A stretch of 61,054 nt of DNA, filler included, from Sphacelaria rigidula (GCA_964200075.2; 7 parts of 7 records of this genome joined end to end with filler, not necessarily neighbours in it); one strand, 5' to 3'. Positions 12,125 through 24,900 are shown, counted from the first letter of the whole stretch. Translations and numbers: made by a program. The notes: generated by a model not told the origin, from the letters alone.

Positions 12125-13949
12125 CAGCGGCATCATTACAGAGTAGGATATCCAATATAGCACTTCATGCCCATGTCTCACTCTTCTGCTGTAGATTCGT
12201 CATAGCTCGGCTACAGCTATGCCCACCACACACACGATTGAGGCAACAGGACACCCGAACAGCAGGAAGGAGCCTCACCGCACGAGCCATACTTTGACTA
12301 CACCCATCCCCTCCCCATGGGACCATGAGGTGATATGCACCCTGTGGGGGGGGGGGGGGGTTATCTAGCCTTCTACCTAACCCTTATCCAATGCGGGAAT
12401 TTGGCGCGTATTCTACCATATCTCGATTCAAATCTCGTCTCAGGAAGCCGGTAACAGACGAATTCAGAACATTCGTTCTGACCCTAAATTGAAATTTTAC
12501 TCGGGAGCCGAAAGTAGATGATCAGCATACCTGCCGTGCCCCACTTTCTTCTCTACTCCTCGTGTACCCCTTCTCTCACCCCTCCTGGCGGTGTGTTGAG
12601 TCATTGGGTTGTTGCAAGGTTGGATGACTGCTTTGGTCAGTACAGTTTAGTAATTTCAAGTAGTACAGAGCAGAACGTTACCGTTACCGTTACCGTACGA
12701 CCGCTCGGGATTCCCAAGGCAGGAACACAAATAATAAGTACAGGAGAGTACAGACAGTACTAGGACAGGAGTAGATGCTTCAGAAGTACTGTCCCAGATT
12801 GTGGCAGTGCTCAGTGGCGCATGTCAGATACGCACTAAAAGGGCAAGCATCGAGTGATATTTTTGGTAACAAAAATGTGGGCAAACGGAGCGAATTGCAC
12901 AGTGGTCCCATCCGTGCTCGACTGGGATCCGCCATCTTCATTCAAGGTACATCAATTTAACGTGGAGTACTGCCTCACTGCGGGTTCAACTGCACTGCAC
13001 TGTTGTGTACAGAGTTACAGTACTTTGGTCCTGTGGACTGTGATCCGCGCTGATTGAGTTCTTCAACGGGTCGGACCAGGACCGGCCTCGCTGGTTAGGT
13101 GACATCAGCAACGACAGGCACAACGCAACCAATAAACGTGGTGCGCACGGGTACCGACACGGACCTGGTTGTAAAATGCTACGTGCACTCGCATCCAGAC
13201 ATGAGTTTTAGGGTAAAACATGGTCAGTTCTACAGTAGCACAGACAGTCCAGTTGTCAGAAGGCACCTCCCATCAATTTGGGTACTCGTCCCTAGATCGG
13301 GAATGCGCGAAGTCGAAAGGAGGTTTATACTGCGTCCCGTTCATGTTTGTTTTCAAGAACATGGATGTCTCAGCAGCGAAACCTCCAACGCGTAAAAGAT
13401 ATCTGAGACCACCTCCCAAGGAAATAATTGCCTGACGCCCAGCGCACTGACCCGATGTCCGCCTAGCCCCGTTCATGTACCACCGCATGTCAAGTCCGCC
13501 CATGATACCACTATCACAACTTTAAGATGCATTTCACATATATCTTTTACATTAAAATGTACTCTATATATACGACCAGAAGAGTAAAGTATCGCACTGC
13601 TACTGTACAGCTCCAGCTGGGCCCCGCGTTCCCATGTTTTCATGAGCCAAAACGCCACGTTTTCAGTCAGAAGTCTCGCGAAAGATAACGGACTTCAAGA
13701 AGGAGCCATCCACACACACGCAGCATATGCATGCACCAAGGCTTCCCCACCTTGGATACACAAAGAGAGCAGGGCTAGTCTCATGGATAAACGATGCAGC
13801 TCGCCCCCATCCCTACCCCGTCTGTTTCGTTACAGCGGTACAGCCAACACCCTGACCGCGACAGAGAATGCCCTCACGCTGACGAGTGCACTTGAGACAT
13901 GAGGGAAGGATACCCACGTTACGTGATCTCTGGCGCGGCTTTTGCTCAC

Positions 13950-14013
13950 CTATGAAAGCATCGGCTCCACTCAGGCATGCCGCCACCACACACACAAAGT
14001 TTACAGTCCTCAT
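13950..14013 (-). CDS. Exon 1 (signal peptide) of the same plastid-targeted gene
   Basis: ATG at 14013. MRTVNFVCVVAACLSGADA|FI is a hydrophobic signal peptide with the ASAFAP-type A-F cleavage motif. GTGAGC donor from 13949. The phase-1 intron (~4.3 kb) fits exon 2. Confidence 0.75.
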
Positions 14014-14263
14014 AGTGTTGCCTGTCTGCGTGGTACTTCACACCGTGAACTGTAATGAGCGACAGAGTAGGGTAACTAAACAACGCACACAGACGTCAGT
14101 ACTCGTACTACATGAAAAGTGTGTCATATCTCAGAGAATTCTGGTTCTTGATCGCGGTGTGGAGGCGTTTTTTTACGGCATAATTGACGACGGTTCAGAG
14201 CTTGTCCTTGGATCCTTTGCTGGGGAGCTGGGGAGCTGGCGAGCTGGCGCAAGGCTGCGGAGG

Positions 14264-14522
14264 AGTAATGCCGCGGTAGCCCCCTCGCCCCCCCCAAAGA
14301 AATTGCTGGTTTGAGGAGGAAATTTTACATGTTAATCAAAATGACAAAGGCTGAGCACACCGAGCAGCTGGAAACTTGGACGTTTCGTCTTTGTCAATAT
14401 CGCCAATATGAGGCGCTTCGTGGATTCTGAAACCACATTCTTCATGCGCTTTATAGCCATTTTCTTCGCGACCGTTTTGGGGTAGGTTTGAGGGGGGGGG
14501 ACGCTGTTGTCGCGGCATTATT
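14264..14522. mobile_element. Family-B MITE copy
   Basis: AGTAATGCCGCG...CCCCCC and GGGGGGGGG...CGCGGCATTATT ends. Internal sequence is similar to 8760-9010. Confidence 0.7.
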
Positions 14523-14537
14523 CGGAGTGGGTTGAAT

Positions 14538-14541
<4 letters not shown>

Positions 14542-14577
<36 letters not shown>
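14542..14577. repeat. (CT)n microsatellite
   Basis: Run of CT dinucleotides. Confidence 0.95.
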
Positions 14578-14578
<1 letters not shown>

Positions 14579-14642
14579 GCTCCAAGCGACCAGATCATTC
14601 TTTGTGTTATACAGGCAGCAGTATACCCTGTATACAGTATTC

Positions 14643-15854
14643 CAAGGGTAGGTCGAGTAGAGTATACTCAATACTCAGTATTTTTGGAGAGTCATACTTT
14701 CAGTACTCAGAAATTGAGAAGAGTATTTGATACCGTACTCAACCTACTCAAATTTTGAGCAGAGTATTGGAGACCGAACTCGATGGACTCAAAATTTGAG
14801 TACAGTATCGGAGGTCATACTCAAGTGATACTCTATACTCAAGTATCATCGGGAGTGCTTACTCAATATTTGAGTAGAGTATTCGAGGCCGTACTCGACC
14901 TACTCAAATTTTGAGTAGAGTATCGGAGGCCGTACTCGGCCTACTCAAAATTTGAGTAGAGTATTCGAGGCCGTACTCGACCTACTCAAATTTTGAGTAG
15001 AGTATCTGAGGCCGGATCCGATGTACCGAAAAGCTAAACTTCAACTTGAATATTCAAGTTCGTACGCACGATACTCAAACTCGGGTAGAGGAAATACCGA
15101 GGTATTCCTAGAGTTGCCCACCCATGATAAGTGTTGATCCACGGTCAAACTTCAGCAAACATTCGGATCAGAACCAAATGGTACAACGCTAGGGTAGAAT
15201 GAATGTTGCGTTATTATTGTCGAAGGGCCCTGCGCGCGTTTTTCATTTTGGTATGGCCATCGTTCGCTCATACTGCTTGTTGGCTGTGATGTAACGCCGC
15301 CCATCTACTTGATGGCCATCGTTCGCTCATGTAGTCAACATAGTATATGAAGTGACGTCATGAAGTCGCCGACTGTCAGGGATACTCACCATACCCAAGG
15401 GGTACTCTATACTCGAGTATTACTGAGAGTGCTTACTCAATATTTGAGAAGAGTATTTGAGGTCGTACTCGATCTACTCAAAAATTGAGTCGCGTATTTG
15501 AGACTGCACTCGACGTACTCGAAATTTGAGTAGAGTATTTGAGGTCGTACTCGACCTACTCAAAATTTGAGTAGAGTATTGAGGTCATACTCAAGTGATA
15601 CTCTATACTCAAGAAGTGATACTCTATACTCAAGTATTACTGAGTGTACTTACTCAATATTTGAGTAGAGTATTTGAGGTCGTACTTGATCTACTCAATA
15701 TTTGAGAAGAGTATTAGACGCTGTACTCGACCTACTCAAAATTTGAGTAGAGTATTTGAGGCCGTACTTGACCTACTCAAGCGTCGAGTAGAGTAAAAAC
15801 TCGAGTATTTTACTCGAGTACTCAAAAGTACATACTCTACTCGACCTACCCTTA
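14643..15854. mobile_element. Non-autonomous hAT-like DNA transposon with internal 41-bp palindromic tandem arrays
   Basis: TIRs CAAGGGTAGGTCGAGTAGAGTAT / ATACTCTACTCGACCTACCCTTA. Near-perfect 8-bp TSD: CAGTATTC (14635-14642) and CAGTATTA (15855-15862). The unit GTACTCGACCTACTCAAATTTTGAGTAGAGTATTCGAGGCC repeats at ~14650-15015 and ~15390-15850. Confidence 0.85.
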
Positions 15855-15929
15855 CAGTATTAATTTGGGTATGTGTATCTGGCTGTGGCTGAGTAGTGCA
15901 GCTATGGAGTGAAGGTTTGATGACATAAG

Positions 15930-17374
15930 CTACCTGAACGGAGGGGAGATCCCGTAGGAGTGGAAAGGTGCAACGATCAAGGTGCTGTACAAGAAATTGG
16001 AGTGGTCCGACCACAATAACTTCAGGGGGGTCTCTCTGGTATCGCACGCAGGAAAAGTGCTCCTGAAGACAGTGGCCAACCGCCTCAGCGACTACTGCGA
16101 AAAACGCACGGGATATTACCGGAGGAACAGTGCGGCTTCCGACCTGACCGATCCACTGTCGACATGCTGTTCGTAGTGCGCCGACTCCAGGAGCTGGGGC
16201 GGTGGCGGAGAATACCACTGTACATGTGCTTCGTTAACCTCCAGGGGGCATATAACTCGGTCGACCGGGAGCTTCTGTGGTGGGTACTGGCCCGAGCTGG
16301 TATTCCGGATGAGATGATAGCAGTAATCCGCCAATTCCACGACGGTATGCAGGCCCGCGTACGCATGGACGACGGGGAGCTCTCAGACTGCTTTGAAGTC
16401 ACACAGGGACTGCGACAAGGATGTATACTGTCTCTCCTGCTGTTCAACAACTTCTTCGCGGCAGTGCTCGAGATAGTCCTCGCGCGATTCAGCGAGGGTG
16501 ATATCATCAAGGACATGGTATATCTTGATGAGGAGAAGGGGAGGGGGGCGGGGACACCGCTCGAACGTATACGGAGAGCGGTGTGGGGAATGATGTATGC
16601 CGACGATGCCGGCGTCATCTCGAGATCTCCCGACGGACTGGCGAGGATGATGACCATCATCGTGGACGTGTTCTGGGCCTTTGGACTGATCGTATCGGAG
16701 AAGAAGACGGAGACTCTCATGATGCGAGTACCGAGGCAAGCACCGAAGAAGGGGGAGTCACCAACACCATCCCCCCCACCGCTGATCATCGAAGCAGCGG
16801 ACCGAAAATACGCCCCGAAAAGTAGTTTCCGATACTTGGGTGGGCTCATCAACGAAGAGTGCGACCTCAAGCAAGAAATCAACAATCGGAGCAGAGCAGC
16901 GTGGGCGTGCATCTGGAAGTTCTCCCGAGAGCTCTTTGACCGACCAAAAACAACATGGAGACTCAAGGTCCGACTGCTGAAAGCGGAGGCGATAGAGACT
17001 CTACTATTATACGGATGTATGACGTGGGCCCCGCGCCGCGAACGCTACGACTTACTGCGCAAGGTACACTACCGGCTCCTCCTGCGAGTCATCGGGTACC
17101 ACCGAGTGCGCGGCACATACCGACAGCTGTCGTATGCACAGGCCCTCAAGAAGACCGGATACCGAAATGCCGAAGCCATCGTCCGGCAACGGCAACGACG
17201 ACTGCTGTTCGCGGGAGTCCTGGCTAGACAACCGGACGGACGATTACCGAAGCGTATAGCATTCGGAACACTAGTCGGGGGGGAAGATCCAGGACCAGGG
17301 TGTCCGGAACAAAACTGGCTGAAGTGCCTCAGGGGCGATCTCCACGCTTTCAGAGCCACAGATGACTCTACGGA
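15930..17374 (+). mobile_element. 5'-truncated, inactivated non-LTR retrotransposon (RTE-like LINE) reverse transcriptase
   Basis: [18 protein letters not shown]...[18 protein letters not shown], a frameshift near 16110, then [62 protein letters not shown] and LLYGCMTW. Cut off by the contig end. Confidence 0.95.
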
Positions 17375-17474
17375 NNNNNNNNNNNNNNNNNNNNNNNNNN
17401 NNNNNNNNNNNNNNNNNNTTAATTAATTAANNNNNNNNNNNNNNNNNNNNNNNNNNNNNNNNNNNNNNNNNNNN
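17375..17474. other. Artificial contig-joining spacer
   Basis: N44-TTAATTAATTAA-N44. Confidence 0.98.
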
Positions 17475-17561
17475 GCAAGTGTAAAAGGATGTCTGACACA
17501 CGTATGAGTCTCTTTTTTCGTGCAACTATATACCCCCCCCCCCTATCGTAGGATGACTCAT

Positions 17562-18330
17562 ACCTAGGAGTATGCACCTTACTGCCCCGAACCACCGTTG
17601 TTGGTGGCGAGTCGTGTACCCGACGAGGGCGCAACAGTTCACGGCAAAGAAAGGCGTGAGCTATCGAAGGGAACCGATGCACTCACAACGCTTGACAAGA
17701 CACACCTAATTGATTCAATCGGGGCGTACTCGAAGCACGAGACTCGCCTTCATTATTCATGGCGCGGCACAACCATGCGGTCGCCGAACCCAATATCAAA
17801 TGTAAAAAACATGATCCGTGACATAGATCGAAATGCACAGACTCGCACAGACACACACGCAGACAGACACAGACATAGACACAGACACAGACACAGACAC
17901 AGACACACAGGTAGGCACACAAACATACAGACACACAGACACACAGGCCCACAGGCACAGACACACAAATATCTCGCTCTGAGTCCACACAAGCATCACT
18001 GAACATTCCTTCGAGCCAGCAGCAGCTCGCGCCATGTACTCGTTCACGGCTGAGTCGCCCACATCCCAGCACGGGCCTCTAACAACATACGGACCGCACC
18101 AGACAGACACCACAATAACATCTACACCCGGCCCATACACGCATGCCTAGGGGGGCGTACCTTTCTGCCTCGGACCACCGGTGGTGGTGACGCGTCGTGT
18201 ACCCGACGAGGGCGCCACAGTGTACGGCAAGGAAGGCTTGAGTCATTGAAGTGAATCGATACATTCATAACGCCCGATAAGACACAGCGAATGGATTCAA
18301 GCGGTGCTTTCAAAACACAACACTCCCCTT
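17562..18330 (+). repeat. Diverged ~190-bp direct repeat pair (17562-17750, 18145-18330) flanking a (CACAGA)n tract
   Basis: Both copies contain GTCGTGTACCCGACGAGGGCGC-ACAGT--ACGGCAA-GAAGGC. (CACAGA)n lies at ~17850-17965. Confidence 0.75.
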
Positions 18331-18784
18331 GGGCATGCATGGCGTGTTGGGGGTCTCCTCCCACTACACGAAAAATGAAGTACGATAGCCGTCAGACTTA
18401 CCGGTGTACCCCTTCTCTTATACTTTTATTTAACGTAGAAAAATACAGCACGTCGCACCCAAAGCAACCCATGAGGCTATCCCCAAGCATTGAAGGCAGG
18501 TTATACAACATCTTCAGCACCTCACATCCGCAGTTGTACAACGCCCGATGAGTCCTTCAACGATAGAGGACAGGCGGGGGCTCTGCAGCAATATCGCTCC
18601 TCGCTCCTATTACAGTATTTCGCCCACTGTAACGGTCGGACGTGTTCTACAGAATCAGCTAGTGTACGGGCAAATAAATTATCACCCATCTTGTGAAAAG
18701 AAAAGGGATTTTGACCCTCTCTATCGCTGAATGACTCCGAACTACAGACACATACAAGCACGCACACATGGGCATGCACATACC

Positions 18785-18785
<1 letters not shown>

Positions 18786-18855
<70 letters not shown>
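18786..18855. repeat. (CA)n microsatellite
   Basis: About 35 CA units. Confidence 0.95.
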
Positions 18856-18857
<2 letters not shown>

Positions 18858-20514
18858 TCGGCCCCAGGTTTTCTTGGCCCGCTATCAAACGACACACCTC
18901 AATCGATTAACGGGAACATACATGGCAAATTGAGCAAGAAATCGTTTTCACTTTTGCAGGACGTGTCTGTGATGCATGCTACAATCATGACCAAATACCA
19001 CCCTTGCTCCACGTGGAAGTTTCACAGTTTCGCCACCAGGTTGCACCCAAGTTCCATTATGCCACTTGCAACTGAAGGCTGGCATGCGTGAACGACCGAT
19101 GTATCAGGCTTGCCGCACACGTCGAAATTGACCTCATTACGGAGTCACCCCCTAACAAAGGCATTGCCCTTGATAGAGCTGTCACAACGATAGACGGAGC
19201 TTGAATTCACCACTTGGTACTTTCTCGATTCTTCGCGTGTCGCTCCTTGACGTCACTTGTACATGGGTAACGAGGCAAGACCACGAAGCGGCGAGCACGT
19301 TCCAGTGTTTCCCTCGGGGACGAAGGGTGGGGGCCTGATGTACCCAACAGCCCGAGATTGGATGAAACCCACCGTCGCTAAGGCCGGTAAGCATGGCACG
19401 GTAGAGCGGCATAGGATCTCAAAGTGCTTAAGTGAGGGCAGTATACCTAGTGCAGACTAATTTCCGTAGAAATGCAGGTACATATTTCGGCATTGTACTC
19501 TGGACATTTGTTCCTGGGAGAGATGATGTATACATAACTCGTCCCGGCGTGTAATTTAAAGTGGGTGCAAACGCCCTGGACCCGAAGACAAGGTGGTTTT
19601 AGTGATTCTCTAGGCAAGACACACTTTTCCCGGAGACGCTGGAGATTGCAGATCTACGGTCGGAATGGATTCAGTAGCCAGAACAAGGTTGAGCAGGCAT
19701 TGGATCGAAATAATACCTGGGATGTACACCAAGCTGAGGAAAGCAAGTCATCGGTCCCTCGCGTTGAACTGCGCTTGTCACGACGCTCGCCATATCCATC
19801 TCTCATTAGCTATGAAAAGCACCAGGTCAGCGCGCTTCGAACGCTTCGGCCGAGTCGTCATCCTGCCGTAGACGTTATCGCAACCTAACGTCATTCCCGT
19901 GCTGTATCGTACCACTTCATCTTCCGATCCCCTGCTATCCCCAACGAATGTCTGGGGTCAATTTGGCGTTGCGTGGCGAGCAGCGAATACAAAAGACAGG
20001 TATGTAGACAAATTAGAGGTCGGCAACTATGGTGCCATGGTACAGAATAGAACGCCACACAAAATTTCCACTGCCACCAAGTTGTACCCCAAGACACGAC
20101 ACTCCTTTCGAGCCACGATGAGCACACGCGTTCGTGGAGGTGAAAACAGCATCTAAGAAGACATGATCGGGAACGTTCGTCGCTATGTGCATTACAATGA
20201 TGCTGGTGTGATACTCAGAGGGTGTACGTATATGCACTGTAGAGGAGAGTGCGAGCGTACCAATTCGTGAAGCGGCATAGGAAATCTTGCAGGAAAACAC
20301 TTGCAGGTTGTCTCGGAATAACATGTTTCTGCACGAGTCTCACTCGATCATGGCCAGTTCGGGCGCTTGAATCTCATACGATTGAACTTCATGCTGGGGT
20401 GGTTGTAGTCGGCGCGCTACTTTGGAGCAGCACCAAGCACGAGGAAAAGACGACAAATCAATGAATGCTTGATTCTGGGACATACCATATCTTTCACCAT
20501 CGGCGGTGGACGAA

Positions 20515-21950
20515 ATGATGATGGCCGCATCTTGAGTCAACTGCAGCCGCACACAGGCCGTAGCCAAGCGCCTCCTTCCGCACCCATCATGACCACGACG
20601 GCGACGCGCGAGCAGAGCGCAACCGACCACGACCACCACGTGCCTAGCGAAGAAGCGTCAGCAGCACCGCTCGCCCATTGCCGACACGGGTGGTGTTCCT
20701 GGCCACCATCGATGTCAACGAGCTCGCCCGGGGTCGCCATGCCCGTCTGCGGAGAATACAGGGCGGGACGACTGATGGGTTGATCCTGCCCACAGATGAG
20801 TGCATTAGCGCGGACACACCCGTCGCCACTGCGCTGCCGCCGCTCCACGACCGAGCACGACCGTCCCGTGCCCGGCCGAACAATATCAAACTGATCGCTC
20901 TCCGATACCCGACACCGGCGGTACCCGTGGTCACCGTCGATATCAACCAGTCAACCCCGGCGTCGACGAGCCTCTCTACCGAGAATACAAGCGGCGCGCC
21001 CGTGGCCGTCCACGATACCGTCGGGGTTGGAGACCACCACATCGCGCCAGCACGGAATACCAGCGGCGGCCGAGATGGTGATGGCCGCATCTTGAGTCTC
21101 CTGCAGCCGCACACAGGCCATAGCCAAGCGGCCCCTTCCGCACCCATCATGACTCCGACGGCGACGCGCGAGCAGAGCGCAACCGACCACGACCACCACG
21201 TGCCTAGCGAAGAAGCGTCAGCAGCACCGCTCGCCCATTGCCGACACGGGTGGTGTTCCTGGCCACCATCGATGTCAACGAGCTCGCCCGGGGTCGCCAT
21301 GCCCGTCTGCGGAGAAAGGAGGGCAGGACGGCTGATGGGTTGATCCTGCCCACAGATGAGTGCATCACCACGGACACACCCGTCGCCACTGCGCTGCCGC
21401 CGCTCCACGACCGAGCACGACCGTCCCGTGCCCGGCCGAACAATATCAAACTGATCGCCCTCCGATACCCGACACCGGCGGTACCCGTGGTCACCGTCGA
21501 TATCAACCCGCCAACCCCGGCGTCGACGCGCCTCTCTGCCGAGGATACAAGCGGCGCTGCCGTCGCCGTCCACGATACCGTCGGCGTTGGAGACCACCAC
21601 ATCGCGCCCACACGGGATAACGGCGGCGGCTGAGATGGTGATGGCCGTATCTTGAGTCAACTGCCGCCGCACACAGGCCGTAGCCAAGCGGCCCCTTCCG
21701 CACCCATCATGACTCCGACGGCGACGCGCGAGCAGAGCGCAGAGCGGGGCATGCCTGTCCGGTTGATGCTGCCCACCGATACATGAATCCTCACGGACAC
21801 ACCCGTAGTCGCTGTGCTGCCACCGCTTCACACCCGACCACGCCCTCCACGTGCCTAGCGTAGAAGCGTCAGGAGCACCGCTCGCCCATGGCCGACACGG
21901 GCGATGTCCCTGGCCACCATCGATGTCAACGAGCTCGCCCGGGGTCGCCA
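20515..21950. repeat. GC-rich 560-bp tandem repeat (two full copies plus a rearranged third)
   Basis: ATGGCCG(C/T)ATCTTGAGTC starts at 20521, 21081 and 21641. Copies 1 and 2 are nearly identical. Confidence 0.92.
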
Positions 21951-24900
21951 CGCCGTGCCGCGCCGTCGGTGGTAATGACCGTTCCGCCCAGTCCACTCTT
22001 CACGGCTCCGCCTGGTGTGGCCACTTTTCCGTCGGTCGCGTGGTTGTCGCCAACGGCCCAATGGTCAAGCACGCCTGAACGCACCCGTGGCAAGTTCGAT
22101 TCAAGCACCCATGTCTCCGCCCAGTGCCAAGTCGATCACTCCATTCGAGTCGTAGGTCGGTTGGAAAGTCGTCACGGATCAATCCGGTGTACCCACGCTC
22201 TTGCACAGCGAGAATCGTCGGCGACCTCCATGTGTACAGAGAATAAGCGGCAAATGCATTGGCCGCGATTAGCCGACAGGGGCGTCATCCCTGCCAACTG
22301 CCGAACTCTGAAGGTCACCCACGCATCCCAGCTCCGCTCTACTCGTGATCCAGATACCGTTGCCTTCTCAGTCGGCGGCGAAGTCGGAGCTTGGGGTGAC
22401 CACGCCGGTGCCGTTAGAGTGGCCGGTGGCGGAGGAAGTGGCGGTGGAAACCCTACCGTACCCACTTCTCACCACGCCGCTCCGCACGCGCCCGCGCAGC
22501 TACCTGTGCGGCCGCTATCGGCGACCCCACAACCAGGCACCCGCAACCGTAACAGTGGCAAGGTTTACTGGGACTCTGACGTCTCCACCGTGCCGGACCC
22601 GCTCATTCCGTCGGTGCCACCGGCCCATGAGTGTATGGTCACGAGCGGGTTCACCCGTCGTCGCCCGGCTACCGCCGCTCAAGGCCCCTAACCAACCTCC
22701 TGTGCCTACCGAAATAGCGGTGGGTAATACATCCGTCTTCTCACCGACGCAGCCGTCTTTTCCTAGCGTGGATGCCGTTAGGCCGGCTGAAGCTCCGAGG
22801 TCCGCCCACCATTCGGTCAAAATGGCCACGCTGTAGCCGTTAGCCTTGGGCTACCCGAGCCTCTGAGCGCCACCCCGATCATAACCAAAACGGTCCGGCT
22901 GACGTCGGCTGAGATGGATCCGGAGCTGATGGTAGTCACGCCTAGGTCGCTTGGCGTGCCGGAGGTGGTGAAAGTGCTGACACGTTTTCTTTGTCTCATA
23001 CTCACCATAGCCCCGCTCGTCACGGCCATCGCGTCGCCGCTCTTACGTCCTCCAGAGATCATCGGCCACGCGTCCCCACCGCACCCCTGGCTCTGTACGG
23101 TCGAGACACTCACGTCTTCGCCCCCGTTGCTATGCTCAACTCATGCCCGTCATTGCTCCCCAGACGCGCCTTGATCGCGACTACTCCCTCGAACGCAAGC
23201 CATCACCCGAACCGACGACACCGCCGGCGCCCGTTCCACCGGTGCCCACCGTCAACATCACATAGCAACAACATATGTCGCCGGTGCTCTCCCCTGACAC
23301 AGTTCTCCCCTCCATATATTTTACCTAAACAAATGGACTCTGCTGGGTGATGAAGCACTTCCTTAGTTCATCTCGTTCCATGTCTACAGCGTCAGTCCCT
23401 TCTTCTCCGTGCGTGTCTCCCGCGTTCCTCCTATTTTCCAGATCTAGTTCCCGCTCTCTACAACCAAAAGGGTGGAAACTGAAGGAGCGGAGGGGAAAGC
23501 ACTCCGAACACCACGCAACGTTTACCCCGGACCTCAGCCTCCTGCAGTCCCTACTCAAGAAAATATGCACGCTCCACCTCTCGCGCTTGCCGTCAACGTA
23601 AGACAACATCGCCGTCCCCCCCGTGCATGATTTCCGAGATTTCAGAGATCTGGGTCATCGTCAAAAAGGTCCGAAGATACCAACGCCGGTAGCGGCGATG
23701 TGTATGTGTGCTTTCGGGCTATGGCTGGCACGATGACCTGGTCCGCGACGCCCAATACCTCGCACCCTACCACCACTGTTGCATCTGGCGCGTTGATGGA
23801 AATTGGCGTGAACGCGAGCTTCGTGGTTACGATGTGGATTGATAATGAGGAATGGTTCTGCCCGATCTTCCGGAACTTTTGCGCTCGTTGTTGGGTAGTG
23901 GCTGCCGGAGTAACACCATTTCCCAGCAAATCTGCGACGGAGATGCAGTCCTTGGTGAGATCATCGTTCTCTCGCCCGCGCTTTTTCCGCACACCCGCGC
24001 CGGAAGATGAACGTTCGTCGTCGAGCAAGGATGCTGTAGTCGTCTTCGTCTCGGCTGCACAGGGCACTACAATGTGGGCCGTTGGGGAGATGACCTTCGG
24101 GTTCGAAGATAGGTGCGAGTCGACACGACCGTCGTTACGTGCCTGGAGGGAAAATGCGGCAAGATGGCGAGATTTACCCAATTGAGGTTGAAGACGAGTG
24201 AACATCAACGATCCAGAATAGATAAACAAAATTCAAGGCCAAAGAGAAGAGTTGATACGAGCGACACCATCGGATGTCCCAACATCGTATCGTTATCACT
24301 TACCGTATAGATGACAGGCACACTAACCTGCGACATAAGTCTGCTTCATGATAGTCGCTACCCGAATGATCATGTCAATAATCAACGTTCAAGTAGCGGC
24401 TAACACGTAGCGTCCAAGATCAGCACGATGTTCCGAATTTAGTGCTTTTCTGGTGATGCATACCTGATCAGAGGGTTCAAGCGAGAAAACGCCGTGAGAA
24501 AGCTTTCCCTTCTTGTTACGACCGAAAACATCATGATCGATCTCCCTCAGACGCTTCCTACAGGCTACGTGGTCGAGATCCGTCGTGATGACATGAGTTG
24601 TATCAATCGGCGAGGCTTTGACGGCAGCGGGTCTCGTGGGCATGACCACCGCTCCTGCTGCTGGCGGCGGCGGCGGCGGCGGCGGCTGGTTGTTCGGGCC
24701 GTCTCGGCAAGACCCCCAGCTTGATCTAACGCGCGGCTTCCGCGGCTTTTGTTTCTTCCGACTCCTCCTGGTGCTACCAGTTACGGCCCCTGCGCGGAAG
24801 CGCACTCCCTCGTAATGAGAGGTGGAAGCATTGCTGAGGATAGGCACCTGAGTCATTTAACGGTATGTGTGGGGGAGATAGGGGGAGGGGAATCTTCAGA

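Noticed and set aside
14650..15850. CRISPR-like appearance of regularly spaced palindromic repeats
   Set aside because: Units are contiguous 41-bp tandem copies with no unique spacers. They are bounded by TIRs and a TSD, lie in eukaryotic DNA, and no cas genes are present.
16085..16966. 293-aa minus-strand ORF; likewise 50547-51545 and 56242-56964
   Set aside because: They are antisense shadows of retroelement sequence with no recognisable motifs.
15930..17374. RT next to a repeat array as a retron-, DGR- or RT-CRISPR-like system
   Set aside because: The RT has non-LTR LINE motifs and is 5'-truncated and disrupted. The adjacent array is a separate TSD-flanked DNA element.
17598..19091. ORFs rich in HR, CV or TH dipeptides
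   Set aside because: They are translations of (CACAGA)n and (CA)n microsatellites.
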